Counted from the first letter of the stretch, positions 1 to 8,915 are shown. The stretch is 42,598 nucleotides of DNA from Bacteroidota bacterium (GCA_031366785.1 JANLOW010000343.1:1-42598); one strand, 5' to 3'. Translations and numbers: made by a program. The notes: generated by a model not told the origin, from the letters alone.

Positions 1-147
1 CGAACAAAACAAAGCGATACGATGAGTGAAGATTTATATTCACGCGGATTTAAATTTGTAGGTTCAATAATTTGTTATGCATATATGCAGGCGGCAGGGA
101 TGGTGAATGATCATTTGGTTGAGTGTCACAGGTATAAAAAAGTTTAG
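1..147 (+). CDS. tag: DNA-3-methyladenine glycosylase I, C-terminal part (5' end outside window)
   Basis: Frame 1 reads RTKQSDTMSEDLYSRGFKFVGSIICYAYMQAAGMVNDHLVECHRYKKV*. GFKFVG..ICYAYMQA.G.VNDH..C is the characteristic Tag C-terminus with Zn ligands His/Cys. Not in the ORF track. Confidence 0.93.
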   Translation, partial: RTKQSDTMSEDLYSRGFKFVGSIICYAYMQAAGMVNDHLVECHRYKKV

Positions 148-168
148 TATTTATTTACTTTTTATTTT

Positions 169-199
169 ATTGAAACATTAATTAATTAATATACTTTTG
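169..199 (+). promoter_or_regulatory. Putative Bacteroidota sigma-A promoter for the 282..1868 gene
   Basis: TACTTTTG at 192-199 matches the -7 consensus TAnnTTTG. ATTG at 169-172 lies 19 nt upstream (-33-like). Confidence 0.5.
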
Positions 200-281
200 A
201 TTATAATATAATAATTGACCTTCGAATTAAAATATTCCATTCAAGATTTAAAACTTTTAAATAACCACTAAAAATTTTACT

Positions 282-1868
282 ATGAAAAAACTATTACTAA
301 TTATTTTATTTTGCATCTGTATAAAATTATCAAAAGGACAGATTTGGTCAGCTCTTGATACTGGGTGCAGTTTTAATGTTAGAACATTATTAACCTATAA
401 TGGCGAATTATATGCCGGGGGTGAAAACAGCTATGCGATAATAGATTGTATAGCCAAATGGGATGGAACAAACTGGTCGCACGTTGGAAATGGTATTATT
501 GAAAATTATTCGACCAGGGTTGACGCTTTGGGAATTTATAATGGAGAACTTTATGCTGGTGGGGATATCAGTACGGCTGCTGGAATTCCATACAACAATG
601 TTGTAAAATTTGATGGTCAAAACTGGTTAGGAGTTGGAACAGATTTTATATTCGGAACAGTACATGCATTGGCAGAATTCAAAGGAGAACTTTATGCAGC
701 AGGAACGTTTAACAGAATTGGAGATAGCACTATAAATTATATTGCCAGATGGAACGGATCAAGCTGGAACTCAGTTGGAGCCGGAATGAATGACTACGTT
801 GTAGCATTAACAGTTTATAAAAATGAACTTTATGCCGGAGGACTTTTCAGTTTTGCAGGTGGGAATTATACCGGTTCAATAGCAAAATGGGACGGATCAA
901 CCTGGTCATCTGTAATACAAATTTATGGAGAGGTCTTTTCTTTAGCTAGTAATAATGTTGATCTTTATGTTGGGGGCTTTTTTGATGCGAATCCATTATT
1001 GAATTTTAATAACATTGTAAAATGGGACGGGAGTAATTGGTCGGGACTGAATGGTGGTACTAATAGTGATGTTGATGCAATGACTATACTTAATGGTGAA
1101 TTATATGCTGGCGGTCGATTTGATTCTGTAGGTGGCATACATGCAAATAATATTGCAAAATGGAATGGGAAAAGCTGGTTCGAAATGGGAAATGGAACAA
1201 ATAATGAAGTGAGGGCAATTGCATCTTTAAATAATGATTTATATGTGGGAGGATATTTTGATACTGTTGACAACTCTCCCATAAATAGGATTGCAATGTT
1301 AAAAATCCCATGTTCTGCCTTTTTCACTATTCATGCGGACTCAATACCTCACGATTGGGTTATCACTGATTATATTAGTGGTACACCACCTTTAAGTTAT
1401 TCATGGAATTGGGGAGATGGCAGTACCTCAGTAGGAGCCACACCTGTACATTCTTACGATTCTTTAGGATTGTATAATATTTGTCTTTCTTTAACTGATT
1501 CTAGTGGCTGTAATTCTATATACTGCGATTCTTCTACTTACCTATATAGAACAACGTCAACTGCAACAATGATTAATATAAGAGTATTCACTTCGATAAC
1601 AACTGAAATAAAAGAATCACTTTCAGAAGAAAATTTATTAATTGTATATCCAAACCCTTCCCATGGCGTTTTTCATATTAAGAATAATATGGTTGATAAA
1701 ATAGAAAGTATGGAAGTGTTTAGTTATACAGGTCAACGTATTTATTTCAAAGAAAGAAAAGCAGGAGAAATTGATTTAAGTTCTTTCTCAAACGGTATTT
1801 ACTTTTATAAAATAATTTCTAAAGATAAAAATATTAAGAGCGGAAGATTATTAAAAATTTCTGAGTAG
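282..1868 (+). CDS. T9SS type A sorting domain protein: 7-repeat beta-propeller plus PKD domain
   Basis: Signal peptide; seven ~48-aa repeats V.AL..(Y/L)NGELY(A/V)GG.F....IAKWDG..W; PKD motif YSWNWGDG...P.HSY..G.Y; C-terminal VYPNP...GIYFYKI...GRLLKI. Confidence 0.88.
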   Translation: MKKLLLIILFCICIKLSKGQIWSALDTGCSFNVRTLLTYNGELYAGGENSYAIIDCIAKWDGTNWSHVGNGIIENYSTRVDALGIYNGELYAGGDISTAAGIPYNNVVKFDGQNWLGVGTDFIFGTVHALAEFKGELYAAGTFNRIGDSTINYIARWNGSSWNSVGAGMNDYVVALTVYKNELYAGGLFSFAGGNYTGSIAKWDGSTWSSVIQIYGEVFSLASNNVDLYVGGFFDANPLLNFNNIVKWDGSNWSGLNGGTNSDVDAMTILNGELYAGGRFDSVGGIHANNIAKWNGKSWFEMGNGTNNEVRAIASLNNDLYVGGYFDTVDNSPINRIAMLKIPCSAFFTIHADSIPHDWVITDYISGTPPLSYSWNWGDGSTSVGATPVHSYDSLGLYNICLSLTDSSGCNSIYCDSSTYLYRTTSTATMINIRVFTSITTEIKESLSEENLLIVYPNPSHGVFHIKNNMVDKIESMEVFSYTGQRIYFKERKAGEIDLSSFSNGIYFYKIISKDKNIKSGRLLKISE

Positions 1869-1914
1869 TAAGTTTGATTTTATTAAAATTACTTTCATAA
1901 AAGGTGATTTAATT

Positions 1915-2083
1915 GCGACGCTCGGCGTAGTCTAGCGGAAGTAATAAATATAATTATTTGTACGAATCATAGTTTGCGTGACTTCGCCGACGCACGATCA
2001 AATTTCCAGCGTCCCCAGACGTAGTCAAGCGAAACAGGAATAATTCATTTAATAAAATGTGGTGCTCGCTTTAGACTACGCCT
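1915..2083. repeat. Cluster of GTAG-containing REP-like / palindromic elements
   Basis: GGCGTAGTCTA (1924-1934) and its perfect reverse complement TAGACTACGCC (2072-2082). A third degenerate unit GACGTAGTCAAGCGA at 2018-2032, and an inner TGCGT..ACGCA hairpin at 1975-1994. These are GC-rich patches in AT-rich intergenic DNA. Confidence 0.55.
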
Positions 2084-2123
2084 AACTTAGCCGATAATGC
2101 AAGAAACTAAATTGAAGTTGGGA

Positions 2124-2300
2124 CTAAAGTTTAAGCAGTAAAAAAATCAAAACTGTTATAAATATAATAGATGCAATGAATCCAGCTATTCTATGTTTTT
2201 CACCATAATTTTCATATTCGGTTAAGATTTCCGTTTTACATCCTTTATAGAGCCACATAGCAAATGCACCAATTACTTTTACAATAATACCACTATACAT
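2124..2300 (-). CDS. Small hypothetical membrane protein, 58 aa
   Basis: Manual translation: MYSGIIVKVIGAFAMWLYKGCKTEILTEYENYGEKHRIAGFIASIIFITVLIFLLLKL*. Two hydrophobic segments, A-rich sequence before the ATG, and an upstream TAnnTTTG motif. Shorter than the shortest ORFs in the track (60 aa). Confidence 0.65.
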   Translation of the reverse strand: MYSGIIVKVIGAFAMWLYKGCKTEILTEYENYGEKHRIAGFIASIIFITVLIFLLLKL

Positions 2301-2356
2301 TATTTTCTTTCTATCGGTTATTTCTTTAATCCAATCTTTGCTGTATTTCTCTTTTT

Positions 2357-2386
2357 CAAAAATAAAAAATTATATGAAGCTTCAAC
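2357..2386 (-). promoter_or_regulatory. Putative promoter for the 58-aa ORF
   Basis: CAAAAATA at 2357-2364 reads TATTTTTG on the minus strand (-7 consensus). TTG lies 18 nt upstream (2383-2385). Confidence 0.4.
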
Positions 2387-2431
2387 GGAAATAGCTCTGT
2401 CAAAACGTGTCAACGACTAATTGACTAATTG

Positions 2432-3067
2432 TCAAAAACCAGTTTCATAAAGCACCGACTTCAGCTCGCTCAAAATCATCGCTGTTGCTCCCCAAACAAC
2501 CAAGCCGTCAAAATCAAAATAGGGGGTAAGTACTGTTAAACCACTGCTTAATTTCATATTCTTCTCATGAATAAGTTTTTCATCCATTATTTTTTCAAGA
2601 TTTAATTCTACTATTCTTGCAACTTCTCTTGAATGCGGAATGAAGAGCGGTTTACTGGTATGTATGCCAACAAAAGGAGTAACTAGAAAATTACTCGGCG
2701 GTATATATAGTTCAGTTAGTTTTCCAATTAAATCAACATTATTTTTGAATATACCCGTTTCTTCTTCTGCTTCACGCAGAGCAGTAGCAAATAAATTATT
2801 ATCAGAGTGTTCAACACTTCCTCCTGGAAGTGATATTTGTCCGCTATGAACACCATCGTAAACAGGCCGCACGATTAAAGGAAATTTTATTGTATGATTA
2901 GTTTCATAAAGCATTATCAAAACAGCGCCTCGCCTTGGATTGTCCGGAATTTTGAAACGGGCAAGATTTATTCTTCTATCAGCATTCGCCATTTTATAAT
3001 GAGCTTCTGATCCAGGGAGGGGGAGCGACAATCTTTGTCTTAATAATCTACTAATTTTGGATAACAT
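2432..3067 (-). CDS. Nudix hydrolase, CoA pyrophosphatase (NudL/Pcd1-like)
   Basis: HSGQISLPGG motif before the Nudix box GGSVEHSD...ALREAEEETGI; C-terminal VWGATA. Confidence 0.9.
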   Translation of the reverse strand: MLSKISRLLRQRLSLPLPGSEAHYKMANADRRINLARFKIPDNPRRGAVLIMLYETNHTIKFPLIVRPVYDGVHSGQISLPGGSVEHSDNNLFATALREAEEETGIFKNNVDLIGKLTELYIPPSNFLVTPFVGIHTSKPLFIPHSREVARIVELNLEKIMDEKLIHEKNMKLSSGLTVLTPYFDFDGLVVWGATAMILSELKSVLYETGF

Positions 3068-3071
3068 AGTT

Positions 3072-4871
3072 TTAATTTGCTGAAACTATGTTGTTAGGAT
3101 TCAAAGCTGGAAGAATGATATGTTTACGTTCACCAATTTGTTGGCGCCACATGGCATAATACAATCCTTTACCTTCCAGCAAATCATTGTGTGTCCCTGA
3201 TTCTACGATTTGTCCTTTTTCTAAAACGAAAATTCGGTTCGCATGCATAATTGTACTTAATCTATGAGCAATTAATATAGTAATATGTTCCTCTTTAGAT
3301 GACAATTCTCGAATGGTACTTGTTATTTCTTCTTCTGTAATTGAATCAAGTGCAGAAGTCGCTTCATCAAATACAATAAGTTTCGGATGACGCAGCAATG
3401 CACGAGCTATGGAGAGGCGCTGTTTTTCTCCACCCGAAACTTTTACTCCACCTTCACCAATAAGAGTATCCAGACCTTCTTTGGCACGACGTAAAAGATT
3501 TTGACAAGAAGCTTTTAAAAGCATTTCCATACATTCTTTATCTGTTGCTTTAGGGTTTACAAATAAAAGGTTTTCCCGAATGGAGCCACTGAATAACTGT
3601 GAATCCTGCGTTACAAGACCTATCTGTTCGCGTAACTCATCTTTCTCCATAGTGTTACCCGGAATGCCATTGTAATATATTGTCCCTTCGTTCGGCAGAT
3701 ACAATCCAACAAGAAGTTTTACAAGCGTGGTTTTTCCAGCACCGGATGGGCCAACAAAAGCAATGCTTTCTCCGGTTCTAACAGTAAAGTTTATATTTTC
3801 AACGGCATTTTGTCCAGCATTTAAGTGACGGAAAGAAACATTTTCAAATCTCAATTCTTTAATGAGACCGATATGAACAGGCTTTTCCGGACGTGCTTCG
3901 ACAGGTGTTTCTAAAAGATTTTTGAAATTCTGCAGGGAAGCCTGTGCTTCACGATAAATGGCAATCATATTTCCAAGTTCCTGAAGAGGACCGAAAATAA
4001 AAAAACTAAAAAACATCAGAGTCATTAATTTTCCCGGGGTTATCAAATTGTGGAATACGAGGTAATACAAAAGGAAAACAAAACAGGTGCGTAAAAAATT
4101 TACAGTTGTACCCTGAACAAAACTAAGACTTCTTACAAAACGCACTTTTTTTAATTCCAATTTTAGAATTTTTCCTGTGGTCGAATTTAGTCTTTCAATT
4201 TCCTGATTAGCAAGACCTAAACTTTTAACAAGTTCGATGTTTCTAAGCGATTCTGTTGTAGATCCTGCCAATGCTGTAGTTTCGGTAAGAATTTCTTTAC
4301 TCACTCTTTTAATGTTACGGCTCAACAAACTGCTTATGATTGCGAGTAATGGAACAGTCAAAAGAAATACGGGGGCTATAAGCCAGTGAACCCTGAAAGC
4401 ATACCACAAAACAAAAACTAATCCGACAAGAGTTTGAAAAACGACACTAATAAATGATATTATAAATTTTTCTGAATCACTTCTCACTTTTTGAAGTTTG
4501 CCAAGAGTTTCTCCACTACGTTGATCTTCAAAAACCTGGTAAGGAAGATCTAATGAATGAGCAATTCCATCAGTATACATATCCGCACCAACCCGCTGGA
4601 CTACGACATTTACAAAATAATCCTGAAAATTTTTTGCTATTCTGGAGACCATTGCAACACCAACGGAAGCTAAAAGGAGCCATACGATATCATTGTAAAA
4701 ATTCCTGGTTGAATCGTTTTGGTAATCACTCACATGTACTCCGAAGCGGTCCATCATTTTCCCGGCGATCAACGGATCCATCAAGGAAAAACATTGATTT
4801 ATAGCTGCAAGAATTAATGCAAGAAGAACGAGTTTTTTATAATTTTTTAAATAGGATAAGAGTAGTTTCAT
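3072..4871 (-). CDS. ABC transporter, fused permease/ATP-binding exporter (MsbA/MdlB-like)
   Basis: N-terminal TM domain; Walker A GPSGAGKT; signature VSGGEKQR; Walker B IVFDEATSALD; H-loop IAHRLST. Ends 4 bp before the Nudix start. Confidence 0.93.
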   Translation of the reverse strand: MKLLLSYLKNYKKLVLLALILAAINQCFSLMDPLIAGKMMDRFGVHVSDYQNDSTRNFYNDIVWLLLASVGVAMVSRIAKNFQDYFVNVVVQRVGADMYTDGIAHSLDLPYQVFEDQRSGETLGKLQKVRSDSEKFIISFISVVFQTLVGLVFVLWYAFRVHWLIAPVFLLTVPLLAIISSLLSRNIKRVSKEILTETTALAGSTTESLRNIELVKSLGLANQEIERLNSTTGKILKLELKKVRFVRSLSFVQGTTVNFLRTCFVFLLYYLVFHNLITPGKLMTLMFFSFFIFGPLQELGNMIAIYREAQASLQNFKNLLETPVEARPEKPVHIGLIKELRFENVSFRHLNAGQNAVENINFTVRTGESIAFVGPSGAGKTTLVKLLVGLYLPNEGTIYYNGIPGNTMEKDELREQIGLVTQDSQLFSGSIRENLLFVNPKATDKECMEMLLKASCQNLLRRAKEGLDTLIGEGGVKVSGGEKQRLSIARALLRHPKLIVFDEATSALDSITEEEITSTIRELSSKEEHITILIAHRLSTIMHANRIFVLEKGQIVESGTHNDLLEGKGLYYAMWRQQIGERKHIILPALNPNNIVSAN

Positions 4872-4943
4872 TTATTGTTAGTCGTAAATGGCCGTATTAT
4901 ATTTTATTGAACATTGTGCTTTGAATGAAAAAAATTATTTCTT

Positions 4944-4951
4944 CAAAGGTA
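4944..4951 (-). promoter_or_regulatory. Putative -7 promoter element for the ABC-Nudix operon
   Basis: CAAAGGTA reads TACCTTTG on the minus strand, about 70 nt before the ABC start. No clear -33 element. Confidence 0.45.
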
Positions 4952-5074
4952 TGAGTTTTTACAAATGCATAATTTTATTGATATATTCATTACTAAAATA
5001 AAATGTTAATAATTCAAAGAATATTCATCTCAATTTCCAAAAGGGAGCTTTACATTAGCATGAAATATTAAGAA

Positions 5075-5617
5075 ATGAGAAAATTATTATTTATATGCGC
5101 GCTGATTGCTTTAGTTTCTCAGGGTTACTCTCAACAGATAATTCAAATGAAGTCAGGAGAAAAAATGAATGGCCAGGTTAAATCCCTGAATAATGGAATC
5201 GTAGAGTTTTTATACAAAGGCAGTGTGAAGAAGATTAATGTTACAGAAATTTATTCTATCCTTTATGGCGAGGCTGGAGAATCAATCATTGGAGAATCTA
5301 AATCCAATCTTCAGCGTGAACCGGGCGAAAAGCAGGTAACTTCCGGATCATACATGGTCCGATATAAAGTAGCTGATCGTATAATCAGCAAACCACCAAA
5401 GATTGACAACCTAACTCAGGAAAAAGGAACAGTTGTAGTTGAAATTAATATTGATAAATACGGCCATGTAATGAAAGCTACTCCCGGTGCTCCCGGCTCA
5501 ACAACGAATAGTGAATATCTAAAGACAAAAGCGATGCAGGCTGCGCAAAGTACGATATTCAATAATGTACCTACAGCACCTTTAGAACAGAAGGGTTATA
5601 TGGTTATAGTGTTTTAA
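5075..5617 (+). CDS. Exported protein with C-terminal TonB-C-like domain
   Basis: Cleavable-looking signal peptide (…VSQGYS/Q). C-terminal GTVVVEINIDKYGHV.KA.PG..GSTT...L...A..AA....F.......QKG resembles Bacteroidota TonB C-terminal domains. Confidence 0.7.
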   Translation: MRKLLFICALIALVSQGYSQQIIQMKSGEKMNGQVKSLNNGIVEFLYKGSVKKINVTEIYSILYGEAGESIIGESKSNLQREPGEKQVTSGSYMVRYKVADRIISKPPKIDNLTQEKGTVVVEINIDKYGHVMKATPGAPGSTTNSEYLKTKAMQAAQSTIFNNVPTAPLEQKGYMVIVF

Positions 5618-5622
5618 TTTTG

Positions 5623-5666
5623 AAACAGAATTTAATCACAATCTCAATAATGATTAAATTCTGTTT
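5623..5666. terminator. Probable bidirectional intrinsic terminator
   Basis: Perfect 16-bp inverted repeat AAACAGAATTTAATCA (5623-5638) / TGATTAAATTCTGTTT (5651-5666) between convergent genes. Confidence 0.7.
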
Positions 5667-5718
5667 TATGAATATTCTCAAACTTTACTTTATCTAAATT
5701 GCTTTATTATTTATTTGA

Positions 5719-8481
5719 TTATGGAGTAGCTGAACCAAAGCCACCTTGAACATTTGGGTCCAATAAAAGGAAATCGGAAATATCAACAGATCCATCTCCA
5801 TTTAAATCACCAGCATCATATCCACTATCTCCATTTTGAATTTTGGGGTCTAATTCTAGAAAATCTGAAATGTCTATGGTTTTATCCTGATTAATATCAC
5901 CGCTATATATTGCAGCGTAGAGGTTGTCAAATGTTAATACTTCATTACCAATACCTGAAGGAAACGATTGAGATAACGAGGAAGAAAAAGAGTAATTGCT
6001 TACTGCGTTTAATTGCACAGGAGCCGCACTCCATGTTTCTAAAGAATTTCTATGATTAACTTTCAGGTAATAATTATTTCCAATAATTACTGGAGAATCA
6101 AATAACACACTTATATTTCCATTAGTTTTTAAAATACCTGGCCGGCGCCCAACTTCTCCATTAGGGAAAACAGGATCCATTGCACTAATGAAAATTGTGT
6201 CTACGTCTAATGTATTAGGATGATTAACGTTATCTATATTATTCAGACAACCAGTTCCGGAGATTTGCATAAAACCACCTCCTGAATAGAAACCTTCAAT
6301 CATGATATTTGCATTTAAAGCCGGACCACAATTTACTGCAGTATGAAAAATACCTGTGATCGAATTACAACCATCAGTAGTACAGTTGAGTCCATCATCA
6401 ATAGTTTGAGTTGTATGTGTGATTGCACCTGTTGAAGTGTTACAAGCATCTGTAGTGCAAATATTACCATCTGAAATATTTACTGTTGTATGGGTAACAG
6501 CACCACTTGAAGTATTACAAAAATCAGTTGTACAGGCATTCCCGTCATTTATTGAAACAGGAGTATGTGTAACAGTACCTGATGATGTATTGCAAACATC
6601 GATGGTACATGCATTGCCATCGTTTACAATATTAACATTTATAGGAATAGGATTCGAAGTTGCTGGATTTCCAGTTGCACAAGAAAAGCTACTAGTCATA
6701 ACACAAGTAATCTGATTTCCTGTTACTAATGCATTATCTGTATAAATCGGACTATTGGTTCCGACGTTTACCAGGCTTTTTTTCCATTGGTAAACAGGAA
6801 ATAATCCGGGATTGGTAGGTGTTGCAGTGAATGTCACGTTTGTGCCTGAACAAATTACACCTGAAGGACTAGCAGCAATCGAAACAGTAGTTGGACTAGG
6901 AGTACATGTGGGAACTTTTGCCCACCAAGTACCCCAACGGTCAGAACCCCCAGATGCAAAAGAAGCGTACTCTTGTAAAGTCCAGAAATCAGCTCCTGAA
7001 GGATCTGTCATTGTAGCTGAATAATCCCCCCAGCGATTGCTGGTTCCTCCAAAGATTTTGAAATAAGGAGCAAGTCCTGCTTTAAATAAAAATTCAGACT
7101 GAAGAGTATTTACAGGATCCAATGAGGCTCTCATTGCATAGCAGGAACTGGCAAAAATTGAGGAAGAAAATTTAGAGTAACCAATCAAAGCATCATTATT
7201 TGTATTTACGGCAATACTTGGAAATGCAAAATGTTGCGCAGAAGACCCATCATCAATTCTCCCACGTTGTAGAATTGCACCGACAGTACTAATCTGCCAC
7301 CATTGTACAGAACTTCTTGTAGGAGCACCGGCTGGCAGAAAAACGGTATGAACTCCCCAAATATTACCATTACGGTAAACGGTGTTTTGCATCCTGTCAT
7401 CATTTGCAGCGATTTTTTGTGTAGTACCAGATTGAGGTGCAGAATTCTCAAGAGAAGCCGAACTACTCCATGGATTAGGTGTACTGAATTGATTTACTAA
7501 CGATAATGTTTCTGAACCAAATGCACCAGTAATACTATACAGATTCAAATATCCACTACCAGAAAAATTGCCATTTATTCTTTGTAATAAATACAAAGTT
7601 GAAATGCTATTGTCATAGGTTGCAGCAGGACTTAATCCATAACCATCACCCGGAGATAATACGGTAGTTATTGGTGAAACAACGTGAGCATAGAGGTCAG
7701 CTTTTTTAAAGATATATACTTTTCCACCTACAAACCCGCCTGCATTTGCAAAAATATTACCTGAAACTACAATCCAATTTTTATTAAATCCCAAACTAGG
7801 AAAATCAAACCAATTTGTATTAGTAGCGTCAGCATCTATTGAATATAAATTCCAAATTCCTGTTGGATCGTTTGTTTGTGAAACACCAATCAGAAGTGCA
7901 GAATTCGCAGAAAAACCATTGGCAGCAGCCGTAAATATCCATCTATTATTAAACGGTTCATATAAAATTTTCGGATCAAAAGTACTTGGATTACCAACAG
8001 ATGCCCAAAAGGAATTTAATGTTACGGTACTGATGATTGTACCCGTTAAACTCTGAATCCTAACCTGAGAATTCAAGGTTGTCATAACATGATTGGGTCC
8101 AACGGCTCCATTTACATCTGGAGGAATGGTTGTATTATTATCATCAAGAGCATTAAAAGTTAGAGAAGGAGAAGTTGAAAGCAAAGACACTGCTTTTATG
8201 TTGTTTGGTGGAACTATTTTTCCATAAGGATCTTTTAAAGCATTTGTACTATCTAAAATATCGTAAGATGGGAGTACTTCTTCGTCCTTATCTTCTCGAT
8301 AATTTCCTATTAGTTTTATTCCTTTTGCAGGATTATCTTTATCATATTTAATAATATCAGAAAAGCTGATAACAGAGGAATGAATAACAGGTTTTTCCTG
8401 TGATTGCTGTCCATAAACTACAAGGTTGTTTAATATTAAAAATAATAAAATTGAAACTGATTTGATTAAATTATATTTCAT
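5719..8481 (-). CDS. Large secreted mosaic protein: beta-rich N-domain, Ig-like domain, Cys-rich CTDC-type repeats, dockerin/EF-hand-like C-terminus
   Basis: Signal peptide; PPD..GAVGPNH...RWGDYS domain; Ig-like ICSG..VTFTA...YQW; four DGN.CT.D.CN repeats; duplicated Ca-loop GDINQDKTIDISDF / GDLNGDGSVDISDF. Confidence 0.8.
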   Translation of the reverse strand: MKYNLIKSVSILLFLILNNLVVYGQQSQEKPVIHSSVISFSDIIKYDKDNPAKGIKLIGNYREDKDEEVLPSYDILDSTNALKDPYGKIVPPNNIKAVSLLSTSPSLTFNALDDNNTTIPPDVNGAVGPNHVMTTLNSQVRIQSLTGTIISTVTLNSFWASVGNPSTFDPKILYEPFNNRWIFTAAANGFSANSALLIGVSQTNDPTGIWNLYSIDADATNTNWFDFPSLGFNKNWIVVSGNIFANAGGFVGGKVYIFKKADLYAHVVSPITTVLSPGDGYGLSPAATYDNSISTLYLLQRINGNFSGSGYLNLYSITGAFGSETLSLVNQFSTPNPWSSSASLENSAPQSGTTQKIAANDDRMQNTVYRNGNIWGVHTVFLPAGAPTRSSVQWWQISTVGAILQRGRIDDGSSAQHFAFPSIAVNTNNDALIGYSKFSSSIFASSCYAMRASLDPVNTLQSEFLFKAGLAPYFKIFGGTSNRWGDYSATMTDPSGADFWTLQEYASFASGGSDRWGTWWAKVPTCTPSPTTVSIAASPSGVICSGTNVTFTATPTNPGLFPVYQWKKSLVNVGTNSPIYTDNALVTGNQITCVMTSSFSCATGNPATSNPIPINVNIVNDGNACTIDVCNTSSGTVTHTPVSINDGNACTTDFCNTSSGAVTHTTVNISDGNICTTDACNTSTGAITHTTQTIDDGLNCTTDGCNSITGIFHTAVNCGPALNANIMIEGFYSGGGFMQISGTGCLNNIDNVNHPNTLDVDTIFISAMDPVFPNGEVGRRPGILKTNGNISVLFDSPVIIGNNYYLKVNHRNSLETWSAAPVQLNAVSNYSFSSSLSQSFPSGIGNEVLTFDNLYAAIYSGDINQDKTIDISDFLELDPKIQNGDSGYDAGDLNGDGSVDISDFLLLDPNVQGGFGSATP
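6328..6624 (-). repeat. Four tandem ~75-bp coding repeats (25-aa Cys-rich units)
   Basis: NDGNACTIDVCNTSSGTVTHTPVSI / NDGNACTTDFCNTSSGAVTHTTVNI / SDGNICTTDACNTSTGAITHTTQTI / DDGLNCTTDGCNSITGIFHTAVNC. Confidence 0.9.
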
Positions 8482-8847
8482 GCGAGTTCGACTAATGAGT
8501 TTTACTTATAATAAGGTGGAATATACAAATTATTCTTAAACTTTTAAGTATTAATCAAATATTTTTGATTGAAACATTAATAGCAAAATACTTATTAAAT
8601 TTTAAAAATAGCCAGAAAACAGCCATACATAGTTTTTATTGATTTTAATAAGTGTTTATAAGTACGTTTTCTCTATTAAATTCCCTTTAATTATTAATCA
8701 TTGCATATATCAAAACGAGATATAATATCTGATGCAGGATCTGTTTTATTTTCATCGATGACATAAAAACTAATCTCAGGCGAAACAGATAATATATTCA
8801 CAGAATTTACGAATTAATTTAGTTAAACCATAAGTTGAAATTTAAAC

Positions 8848-8878
8848 TTTGTTCTGCTTATTAATTAAATTACATTTG
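8848..8878 (+). promoter_or_regulatory. Consensus Bacteroidota sigma-A promoter
   Basis: TTTG (8848-8851), 19-nt spacer, TACATTTG (8871-8878); ends 37 nt before the ATG at 8916. Confidence 0.75.
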
Positions 8879-8915
8879 AAGGATATGAATTGTTAGGTAC
8901 TTAATAAAAATCTAT

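Noticed and set aside
2398-2435. Three TGTCAA hexamers (TTGACA on the minus strand) and an 8-bp tandem GACTAATT duplication after the Nudix stop
   Set aside because: Bacteroidota sigma-A does not use TTGACA. The duplication is adjacent rather than flanking an insert, so it cannot be called a target-site duplication.
6328-6624. Periodic DNA repeats as a possible CRISPR array
   Set aside because: They are in-frame, degenerate 75-bp coding repeats without unique spacers, and no cas genes are present.
169-8581. Identical 14-mer ATTGAAACATTAAT at 169-182 and 8568-8581, both near secreted-protein genes
   Set aside because: It is very AT-rich, has only two copies and is not palindromic, so it is plausible by chance in AT-rich intergenic DNA.
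8482-8915. Long divergent intergenic region with dyads (AATCAAA-TATT-TTTGATT at 8553-8570) and a ~35-codon minus-strand GTG ORF
   Set aside because: The dyads are AT-rich and the ORF is short with no motif. There is no support for a riboswitch, sRNA or gene beyond the promoter.
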